Part shown: positions 41,801 through 52,341 of the stretch, piece by piece
Position numbering within the stretch: position 1 is the first letter of the stretch
Layout of the letters: every line of letters begins with the position of its first letter
DNA from: Macrostomum hystrix
Taxonomy: Eukaryota > Animalia > Platyhelminthes
Direction of reading: 5' to 3'
Length of the DNA stretch: 64,000 nucleotides
Assembly: GCA_950097015.1 (NCBI GenBank)
Contig: CATNEN010000025.1
Span: 4,650,001-4,714,000 of the forward strand
Made by a program: the position numbers and the translations under genes
Notes under the pieces: generated by a model
What the model saw: the letters and a program-made list of their open reading frames with translations, nothing else
The model's database searches: none
What the model was told of the DNA's origin: nothing

Positions 41801-44800
41801 GGAGACAAAGTCACAGGGACAGTGGAGACACTGAAGTCACACTGACAGTGGAGACAAAGTCACAGGGACAGTGGAGACACTGAAGTCACACTGACAGTGG
41901 AGACAAAGTCACAGGGACAGTGGAGACACTGAAGTCACAGGGACAGTGGAGACACTGAAGTCACAGGGACAGTGGAGACACTGAAGTCACAGGGACAGTG
42001 GAGACACTGAAGTCACAGGGACAGTGGAGACACTGAAGTCACACTGACAGTGGAGACAAAGTCACAGGGACAGTGGAGACACTGAAGTCACAGGGACAGT
42101 GGAGACACTGAAGTCACAGGGACAGTGGAGACACTGAAATCACAGGGACAGTGGAGACACTGAAGTCACAGGGACAGTGGAGACACTGAAGTCACAGGGA
42201 CAGTGGAGACACTGAAGTCACACTGACAGTGGAGACAAAGTCACAGGGACAGTGGAGACACTGAAGTCACACTGACAGTGGAGACAAAGTCACAGGGACA
42301 GTGGAGACACTGAAGTCACACTGACAGTGGAGACAAAGTCACAGGGACAGTGGAGACACTGAAGTCACACTGACAGTGGAGACAAAGTCACAGGGACAGT
42401 GGAGACACTGAAGTCACACTGACAGTGGAGACAAAGTCACAGGGACAGTGGAGACACTGAAGTCACAGGGACAGTGGAGACACTGAAGTCACAGGGACAG
42501 TGGAGACACTGAAGTCACAGGGACAGTGGAGACACTGAAGTCACACTGACAGTGGAGACAAAGTCACAGGGACAGTGGAGACACTGAAGTCACACTGACA
42601 GTGGAGACAAAGTCACAGGGACAGTGGAGACACTGAAGTCACACTGACAGTGGAGACAAAGTCACAGGGACAGTGGAGACACTGAAGTCACAGGGACAGT
42701 GGAGACACTGAAGTCACAGGGACAGTGGAGACACTGAAGTCACAGGGACAGTGGAGACACTGAAGTCACACTGACAGTGGAGACAAAGTCACAGGGACAG
42801 TGGAGACACTGAAGTCACAGGGACAGTGGAGACACTGAAGTCACAGGGACAGTGGAGACACTGAAGTCACACTGACAGTGGAGACACTGAAGTCACACTG
42901 ACAGTGGAGACACTGAAGTCACACTGACAGTGGAGACACTGAAGTCACACTGACAGTGGAGACACTGAAGTCACACTGACAGTGGAGACACTGAAGTCAC
43001 ACTGACAGTGGAGACACTGAAGTCACACTGACAGTGGAGACAAAGTCACAGGGACAGTGGAGACACTGAAGTCACAGGGACAGTGGAGACACTGAAGTCA
43101 CACTGACAGTGGAGACAAAGTCACAGGGACAGTGGAGACACTGAAGTCACAGGGACAGTGGAGACACTGAAGTCACACTGACAGTGGAGACACTGAAGTC
43201 ACACTGACAGTGGAGACACTGAAGTCACACTGACAGTGGAGACAAAGTCACAGGGACAGTGGAGACACTGAAGTCACACTGACAGTGGAGACAAAGTCAC
43301 AGGGACAGTGGAGACACTGAAGTCACACTGACAGTGGAGACAAAGTCACAGGGACAGTGGAGACACTGAAGTCACACTGACAGTGGAGACAAAGTCACAG
43401 GGACAGTGGAGACACTGAAGTCACACTGACAGTGGAGACAAAGTCACAGGGACAGTGGAGACACTGAAGTCACAGGGACAGTGGAGACACTGAAGTCACA
43501 GGGACAGTGGAGACACTGAAGTCACAGGGACAGTGGAGACACTGAAGTCACACTGACAGTGGAGACAAAGTCACAGGGACAGTGGAGACACTGAAGTCAC
43601 AGGGACAGTGGAGACACTGAAGTCACAGGGACAGTGGAGACACTGAAGTCACAGGGACAGTGGAGACACTGAAGTCACAGGGACAGTGGAGACACTGAAG
43701 TCACACTGACAGTGGAGACAAAGTCACAGGGACAGTGGAGACACTGAAGTCACAGGGACAGTGGAGACACTGAAGTCACAGGGACAGTGGAGACACTGAA
43801 GTCACAGGGACAGTGGAGACACTGAAGTCACAGGGACAGTGGAGACACTGAAGTCACACTGACAGTGGAGACAAAGTCACAGGGACAGTGGAGACACTGA
43901 AGTCACACTGACAGTGGAGACAAAGTCACAGGGACAGTGGAGACACTGAAGTCACACTGACAGTGGAGACAAAGTCACAGGGACAGTGGAGACACTGAAG
44001 TCACACTGACAGTGGAGACAAAGTCACAGGGACAGTGGAGACACTGAAGTCACACTGACAGTGGAGACAAAGTCACAGGGACAGTGGAGACACTGAAGTC
44101 ACACTGACAGTGGAGACAAAGTCACAGGGACAGTGGAGACACTGAAGTCACAGGGACAGTGGAGACACTGAAGTCACAGGGACAGTGGAGACACTGAAGT
44201 CACAGGGACAGTGGAGACACTGAAGTCACAGGGACAGTGGAGACACTGAAGTCACAGGGACAGTGGAGACACTGAAGTCACACTGACAGTGGAGACAAAG
44301 TCACAGGGACAGTGGAGACACTGAAGTCACAGGGACAGTGGAGACACTGAAGTCACAGGGACAGTGGAGACACTGAAGTCACAGGGACAGTGGAGACACT
44401 GAAGTCACACTGACAGTGGAGACAAAGTCACAGGGACAGTGGAGACACTGAAGTCACAGGGACAGTGGAGACACTGAAGTCACAGGGACAGTGGAGACAC
44501 TGAAATCACAGGGACAGTGGAGACACTGAAGTCACAGGGACAGTGGAGACACTGAAGTCACAGGGACAGTGGAGACACTGAAGTCACACTGACAGTGGAG
44601 ACAAAGTCACAGGGACAGTGGAGACACTGAAGTCACACTGACAGTGGAGACAAAGTCACAGGGACAGTGGAGACACTGAAGTCACACTGACAGTGGAGAC
44701 AAAGTCACAGGGACAGTGGAGACACTGAAGTCACAGGGACAGTGGAGACACTGAAGTCACAGGGACAGTGGAGACACTGAAGTCACAGGGACAGTGGAGA

Positions 44801-45430
44801 CACTGAAGTCACAGGGACAGTGGAGACACTGAAGTCACACTGACAGTGGAGACAAAGTCACAGGGACAGTGGAGACACTGAAGTCACAGGGACAGTGGAG
44901 ACACTGAAGTCACAGGGACAGTGGAGACACTGAAATCACAGGGACAGTGGAGACACTGAAGTCACAGGGACAGTGGAGACACTGAAGTCACAGGGACAGT
45001 GGAGACACTGAAGTCACACTGACAGTGGAGACAAAGTCACAGGGACAGTGGAGACACTGAAGTCACACTGACAGTGGAGACAAAGTCACAGGGACAGTGG
45101 AGACACTGAAGTCACACTGACAGTGGAGACAAAGTCACAGGGACAGTGGAGACACTGAAGTCACACTGACAGTGGAGACAAAGTCACAGGGACAGTGGAG
45201 ACACTGAAGTCACACTGACAGTGGAGACAAAGTCACAGGGACAGTGGAGACACTGAAGTCACAGGGACAGTGGAGACACTGAAGTCACAGGGACAGTGGA
45301 GACACTGAAGTCACAGGGACAGTGGAGACACTGAAGTCACAGGGACAGTGGAGACACTGAAGTCACAGGGACAGTGGAGACACTGAAGTCACAGGCAGAG
45401 TGACCACGCTGAAGTCACGGGGACAGTGGA
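23866..45430. repeat. ~21.5-kb satellite array of 26-bp and 23-bp units
   Basis: Unit A GACAGTGGAGACACTGAAGTCACAGG, unit B ending ...CACACT, unit C GACAGTGGAGACAAAGTCACAGG (23 bp). No unique spacers. Degenerate units at both ends. Confidence 0.99.
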
Positions 45431-45724
45431 GTGGCGGCAGCAAACGTTCGCACGGCAAGGACGCGCAGCGTGACCAGCGTGGGCGGCTCCTCAGTGCACT
45501 TAGACGTCAGTCATGAAAATCCTAGTCGGATTGTGTTAATTGCGCACTGCATAGGACAAACGATCTTCAGGAGTTTACTGAATAAAGAAAACTAATCATA
45601 AAATCCAGAGCCGTTGAGGATTAAAGCCTCTGGAGACTTGTCTCTCCCGATTTCCGTTTTCGGAGAGAAACGCAAGACAGCAAAAGTATACGCATCACCG
45701 CCTCATCACTGTACACACTTGATC

Positions 45725-45840
45725 CACACCAAGCATGCTTATCGAAGTGCCGCTTCACACCAAGCATGCTTATCGGAGTGCCACTTTACTCAAAGCATGC
45801 TTATCGGAGTGCCACTTTACTCAAAGCATGCTTATCGGGG
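45725..45840. repeat. 31-bp tandem repeat, 4 copies, each containing the palindrome AAGCATGCTT
   Basis: AAGCATGCTT at 45731, 45762, 45793 and 45824. Confidence 0.9.
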
Positions 45841-46191
45841 TAATAATCCTCATCAAATTCATTTGTCACGCCCGAGTTCGCTTCTCTCCAATCAGATCTA
45901 CACCCATCTTTATTGGCTCGCACCAGTGCACTTATTCGACTAGTAAAGACTCGGTAGCTAAACGAAGAAGCAGGCATGACCTGATCCTGACTTTTCTATC
46001 CTTCTCAGTTAGTATTGTATATTTTCTTACAACTAAAAAGTAAAAAACGATCAGGAAAATTGAAGGCTGTGCTGGAAAACTATCTGGTAAGTTAAGATTG
46101 CAACAGTCCGTAAAAGACCTGAAGCTCCTCTTCTTTGAAAATCCTAATTTGTTATCCTGATGAATGTCGTAGGACCCGTCAGAATAGCTGG

Positions 46192-46817
46192 ATGTCGCTT
46201 CAACTATCTCCGCTGCTGCTGGTACTGGTGCTAGTGCTGATGCTAGTTATACCAGCTCTAACCTCACCAAAGTTGACCCTCGAGCAGGCGATCAAGCAGA
46301 ACAGATACGCGCACATGCGCATTCGCTCCTGCAATCTGCCGAAGCTGCTCAACACCATCAAGGTGCTGTGCAGACACGTCACTGTGTACAACAGCGCCAA
46401 TTCCGACTGCATCAAGCCGCCAGCCAGAAAACGAAACGCGGACTTCACCAAGCTGCAGTTGCTGCCAGAGGAAAACGCATCGATTGCGCCGTGGAACAAC
46501 ATGGACCCAGGTGAGTGCGCCATTCCTCTTATTGTGCCTTCATCAAATGAACGATCTCATTGACGTTCATCAACTCGACTACGCCTGTCGTTTCAGCGGA
46601 GAGAGTCGTGCTGGATGCGTGCTGCACCGGGCACTGCAACTACTGCATGCTGCAACTGTACTGCTGCAACACGCCAGTGTGAGTACTCGCTCACTCTGAT
46701 ATTCGTTTTGATTCGAAGCAATCCCTTCATTATCAGAATCCAGTGCATTGGGACTGCTAAATTTGTTTCAGATGGGCCAAGAAGTTCTGCTACTACACAA
46801 TGCCGTACGACGCTTAA
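46192..46817 (+). CDS. Insulin-like prepropeptide A (10 Cys), 148 aa
   Basis: Exons 46192-46510, 46597-46678, 46772-46817 in phase. Signal peptide MSLQLSPLLLVLVLVLMLVIPALT; B-domain RIRSCNLPKLLNTIKVLC...DCIKPPARKR; C-peptide; A-domain VVLDACCTGHCNYCMLQLYCCNTPVWAKKFCYYTMPYDA* matching CC-x3-C-x8-C. Confidence 0.88.
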
Positions 46818-47240
46818 CTGAGGGAGCTGAGAGAACTTGACAACATCAGGATGGGAGAGAACTTCAGGCTGATGAACGTCTTAGTGGTATTCGAAACAAC
46901 GAATCCCTCCCTTGTGGCTGTGGCGGAACTGCTTAGCAAGGAATGTATTTGCAAAGGATCAACTTGTCATTCTTCAAACTTCCCTCTTCTCTGTGCTTGT
47001 TTACGCTCGCGCGCCCTCCTATTGTACTTTATCCTCTCTCCCTCTATCTGTTTAACTTCTTAGCTAACCTTCACTTACTTCTCTTTCCTTTCCCTCGCCT
47101 CTGATTGGCTAGCTGCTCGTCTCTCTTTCCCCACCCCCTGGCCCGTCCTCACTCGTGTTATTCTGCCCCCTCCTTATCTCGTTAATATATTTGATTCTCG
47201 GCCTAGAACTAGTGGGCTTGGGCCTGCCGTTCGATTCGTT

Positions 47241-47345
47241 CAGTGCCGTAAACACTGGCTCTGACTGCGAAGTCTCAATTTAATTTAATAAGTCACTACA
47301 TAACTGAATACACGAGTGGCTATAGTTATTTTAAATGTCAGTTTT
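47241..47345 (+). ncRNA. Spliced-leader-RNA-like structured segment (variant or pseudogene)
   Basis: 47245-47282 matches 33/38 ungapped to the Macrostomum SL sequence as I recall it. Three stem-loops and a downstream T-rich tract are present, but the terminal ATG is missing. Confidence 0.4.
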
Positions 47346-48159
47346 GGCGAGTACACACTGCAGTTGGAGACGCAAAATTACGTACTCGGAGCTTTTTTAA
47401 ATTTTCTTTTTTTTAACGGGCGGTGCTATACCAATTTCAACTAAACTTGAACAAAAGTGGATCTCGTTTGTATAACTTCTATTTGCACCTACTGCACAAT
47501 ATTTTCTCTTAGGGAACTCTCGGTCTCACAGATCCCAATGTTTCGCAAGCTAACTTATTGTTTCCTAGTCTAAAAGAAGATAGAGTACCTCTCAACTCAG
47601 GCTTGCAGATTTCTTGTAAAATTTCGGCTGAATAATATTGTCTATTAGTAGCTCCTGTTTTTCACTCATTCAAAACGGCTGTGGTCCCAAGGACCCAGGT
47701 TCCCATGAGACAATAGCCCCCAGGCCTCACAGAGCTATCTATGCTCTCTATCATTGCAGTGCAGTACAGCATGAGCTGTTAGTATCTGACCGCCCCATAG
47801 CCTGCTAATTTCCTTAAGGAAATAATATGATAAGCCAAACCGTATGCGAATCCACGGTTCCCTTAGAATTGGTGTGAAAGCTCAGGTATTTCCATGAGCT
47901 TGAAGTTATTCACCAGATTTCGTGTGTGATTTCAAAAACCCTAGTCCATTTACGAGCGTATATTGGAAATTATCCCTTTCAGACTTTTTCATTCCTCTTT
48001 CCACAAGAATGCTACTATCTTCCCCGTATTATCAGGGTCAGTCCAAGCTCGAATCTCCTATGTTTTCGTCGCTGCAAGAACAGCAAAGCATCCATTTTTA
48101 AGGACTGTAAACTCTTACGGTAAACTGCGTCAGACACTTGAGTATGCTTAATTATTATT

Positions 48160-48470
48160 ATTACTTGCAGGAGGGGCTGTGGGCAATGGCACATCATTTG
48201 GCGACAGTTGAAGCAATTCTGCCCGTTTCGCTGACTCCTGAGCACACTCGCTCACTGGTACTGTACGCAGGCACACACGCACACAGCTGTGTACATGTAC
48301 GCCGACTTTCTCATCGTCAGGCAGTGTACACCTTCACTGTGCCTTGGAGGTTGGCCTTCAATGTCGCAATTTGCACAAGCCCCAAGCCTTATCTCCGCCG
48401 GAAGGCCCCAAATGAATTTGAATCGAGGTCAGGGACCTTGGTGCGAGAGGCAAACGCTTTAGACCGCTCT
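48160..48470. mobile_element. Dispersed repeat, copy 2
   Basis: Homologous to 3535-3815 (inverted) and 51550-51740. Begins at TTGCAGG. Confidence 0.7.
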
Positions 48471-48904
48471 GCTACTCACCAAACTGTGGAGTACTCAGTA
48501 CGAAAATATTGTTCTTACTGATTCACTGCCATCTAACTGACTGGCTGCTGGCCTAACGATGACGTTAACAGATGTCTAAATTTGAGCACTAGTCCGTGAG
48601 CTGCTTTAGCAGTCCGTTCCGAGCCTACAGCAGCTTAGTCTTTGGTTGAGCCGCCATTAACGCATTCGCTGCCCAATCAAAGCCATTTCGGTGCCGAATC
48701 ATCTCAATAGGTGCCTTTCACCCATTCTCATGGACTTGATTGGACGCCGCAGTCTATAAAGCTAGCAGCAATTTTCGGCCTCTTTAGTCAGTCCTTGCTT
48801 CCAGGTACGGCTGACAAGGTAACACTAGACTATATCATTTTTTTCGCAAATAGCACAGTTGCTTCCATTTCGGTCCAGCTTGGAATAATTTAATGCTAGT
48901 TAAA

Positions 48905-49701
48905 ATGCCCGCTAGAACTGTCTGCAGAGGTGAAAGGCTTCTTGGTGAGTGAAGAAAACTGCTAAACATCTCTTCAGCACTTTCGACCTACTGTCTACAT
49001 CTGTCTACTGTCTAGGTCGAGTGATTCTCTCATTTGCTTTCTTCCCTTTGCAGGATCTGCTCAACGAAGCTGGCTGCCGATCCCACTGCCTCCGCTACTG
49101 CTGCTGCTGATGCTAATGCTGCTGGTACCACCGGCTTTGGCCACCACAAAATTGACCCTGGAACAGGCCAACCGGCTAAACGAGTACGCGCACAAGCGGA
49201 TTCGCTCCTGCAATTTGCCGAAGCTACTCAGAACCATCAATGCGCTGTGCAGAGATGTCGGCCTGTACAACATTAGCAATCCTGCGTGTATCAAGCGGCC
49301 AGCAAGCAGCAAGCGGAACGTGGACTTCACCAAGCTGCAGGTACTGCCGGAGGATGGACCGGTCGTGCCTTGGAGCGACATGGACCCAGGTGAGTGCGCC
49401 ATTCCTCTTATTTTGTCTTCATCGAACGAACTATCTCCTTGACGTTCATGAACTCGGCTCCGCCTGTCGTTTCAGCGGAGAGAGTCGTGCTGGATGCGTG
49501 CTGCACCGAGTACTGCAACTACTGCATGCTGCAACTGTACTGCTGCAACACGCCAGTGTGAGTACTCGCTCACTCTGATACTCTTTTTTATAATGCTTCA
49601 ATGCCTTCAATATCAGAGTCCAGTGCATTGAGGCCTCCAATTTAACCTGTTTCAGATGGGCCAAGAAGTTCTGCTACTACACAATGCCGTACGACGCTTA
49701 A
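48905..49701 (+). CDS. Insulin-like prepropeptide B (10 Cys), tandem paralog of A
   Basis: Exons 48905-48944, 49054-49389, 49476-49557, 49656-49701 in phase (an in-frame ATG at 48893 is an alternative start). B-domain KRIRSCNLPKLLRTINALC...ACIKRPASSKR; A-domain VVLDACCTEYCNYCMLQLYCCNTPVWAKKFCYYTMPYDA*. Confidence 0.88.
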
Positions 49702-51254
49702 CTGAGGGAGCTTAGAGAACTCTACCTGAGGAGCTTCAGGTTGACGAACTGTTCAGTCACATTCCAAATTGACTAGTTTGGTGTACTGAACTGTGACGAC
49801 TTTTATGAAGCGCAAACATGAGTTGCTGGTTGCCAATCGCAAGTTGCTGTCGGCATTGCATCAGATTTTTGTGCACTTTGTCACTTTAATAAACATTAAG
49901 TGACATTTTGAAAGGCATAGATTAAGGCAAGCATATCAAAGCAAGCCGACTTTTCGTTTCCTTCATATTTTACTTGTTTCTTTGCTGCTTTTATGAGACA
50001 TGGAACGGATAAGACACGGAAGAGATGAGACAGTGGAGCGATGACTGACCAGAGAAAAGACACTGGAGAGATGAGACAAGGGAGAAGAGTTGGAAGGGCC
50101 TTGGACCGGATTAAGGACATTGCGGCCGGTATCTTAGGCGCTGATTGGAACGCTCGTGTGTTCAACTTTGATTACCTGATATCTACACGGAGACGCAAAA
50201 TAGTTGTTGTCAGACGCTGGAACGATTTTATTAACCTCTACTTGACTGCAGCAGGCTGTAAGCCCTCACTGCCGTTGCCGACGGCAATGCCGAAAACGGC
50301 CATAGACAGCTGCCACATCTATGAACGTATCTGTTGCTAATCCCAGTTTCAGTCGATAGTCTATAGTCCATAGTCTATGGTGTACGAGGGTAGTGAAATA
50401 TTGCCTATTCACATATCCGCTTCTGCTTTTTGCTTCTATATTTTCTCGCGCTTCGCCGTTTTTCCCAACTTGATTTTGCCCAAGACCAAACAATACTGAA
50501 TATCAAAATAAAAGTCCATCGCGTGCAATACTCAATATCTAAATAAAAGTCCAACGTTGTCTTAATGCCACGCCATCACACAAATTTACCCGACTGTGAT
50601 AAATAATGACCCGATGAACTACTAACTATACTTCTAGTTTAAGTGCACTTATAGACTAAAGATTTCTGTGGGGGCGTGTTTGAAAGGGAGAGTCCCACAG
50701 GCTGATTGATAAAGCTTTAGAAAGAATTTCTATAGAAAAAGTGTACGAAAAGAGATAACAGAAATAATTAGACATTGCGTAAGGTCTTTTGTCGGCGCCT
50801 GTTTTGCTCATGGATAATCAGGAGGCTGAAGAGAGTGATTCACATCTAGACAGAGATTAGAGCACGCCCCTCACTGCAGCCACCTCAACGGCAGTCTCAT
50901 TGTATATCAATTCAATTAGCAATTCTTTAATTACAGTAATATTTAATAATATCCCCTGAGAGATGAGCCATCCGCCCACCTGTGCGGCTCAAAATTTTAT
51001 TGAGTCCGGCAGAAAGCGAGTTTCGAGTTTAAGAACTATAGCTTATGCGCTTAAGGGTGTGGCCGGTGCGTTTGAAGTGACAAAACTAGTGTCACTTCAA
51101 ACCGGGATTGATTTCTGCCAAGAGCGAACAGTCTGAGTAAAGCTGGGAAAATTCATTATTCACCATTTTTATTGACCACTTCACATTTTAGCCTATTTAC
51201 CTTCCAGTAAATTAGGCTTAATTTATTAAGAAATTATTTTAGAAATCGACAAGT

Positions 51255-51445
51255 AGCGATTTCGGCTAGTAAGGATCCCGCTTTGCTGTCGGAACTCCTT
51301 CAATTGGTAGGATGTTAGTGGAGAGCCGTTGTCGGGGGTGAAGCACTCGAGACATTTCAAGCCGTGCGAAACTCCCCCTTAGATACAGAATTGCGGTGTC
51401 CGACGTAGCATTCCTCAAAAGGAAAGGCATACAGTTTTTTTTACA
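51255..51445 (-). mobile_element. Degenerate LTR-retrotransposon (Ty3/gypsy-like) integrase fragment
   Basis: Two frames joined by a frameshift: PFLLRNATSDTAILYLRGSFARL then TPDNGSPLTSYQLKEFRQQSGIL. These resemble rve core motifs (..T.....I..L...FAR.G and SDNG.QFTS.EF..F....GI). Confidence 0.6.
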
Positions 51446-51549
51446 AGCATAGGCCATTCTTCGGTCTTTGTTTAACGTGAAGTAAGGTAAAGCGTTACAA
51501 TATGGTTTCAGCTTCTTTGACTGACCATAATATAAAATAATTTTTAAAA

Positions 51550-51740
51550 AATAATAATTGCAGGAGGGCTGTGGGCAATCGCAACACCCTTTGGTGACTC
51601 ATAGACCCGCAGCCTGCGAGTAGGAAATTCTGCCCAATTCGCTGACTCCTTAGCACACACGCTCACAGATACTGTACGCAGGCACACACTCACACAGGTG
51701 TGTACATCTGCCCTGACTTTCTCATCGTCAGTCCTTGCCT
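51550..51740. mobile_element. Dispersed repeat, copy 3 (truncated)
   Basis: Homologous to copies 1 and 2. Begins ATAATTGCAGG, as does copy 1 read on the minus strand. Confidence 0.7.
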
Positions 51741-52341
51741 TGGACTTACACTCTCTTGACTGACCGCAGTTAAATGATTTTTCGCTGAATGGCATAACTT
51801 TGTAGTGGCTGATGTTAATGCAGACGGAATTCAAGAAAAAATCACATAGAAAGTCACTTTCTAAACGTGTCAAACACTGCACTGCGCTTTGATCCACTTT
51901 AGGGACAACTTTTTTTGTTAAAGAAAAAAATTATTTTACAACGCACTAAAATATCATCTGCCACCACTTATCGAGCTAATTTCGTATTTAGAAGTGCCTA
52001 AAGCTCCTAACGACTTTGAGACACTTTTACAGTGGTTTCAGCTGCTTCCAAATGCCTCAACTCGAATTGACACATGTCACTCGAGTCCTTCCTTGTTATC
52101 GAATTTGTTTACACCGACTTAATTCCAAAAAAATTGTCTCCATTCTAAGCAATGCACCTGTCATCAGCAGGTGTTAGTCTACTGGCAGCCCCACTTAGCG
52201 CGGGGTCAGTGGAGCGCATAAATACGAGAAGTCCCTTGCTAGCCGTTGACAGTCATAAAAAAATCGGATCTGATAAACTTTAGATAATACAGCTTTGAGT
52301 TTTGATTGCCGTATTAGTTTAACAACTTGCCACCTCTAAAG

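Noticed and set aside
23866-45430. CRISPR array
   Set aside because: Units are contiguous with no unique spacers, there are no cas genes, and the context is eukaryotic.
49896-50493. Short ORFs downstream of ILP-B, including a VYGR motif reminiscent of SUEL lectins
   Set aside because: No Cys pattern, signal peptide or consistent splice chain.
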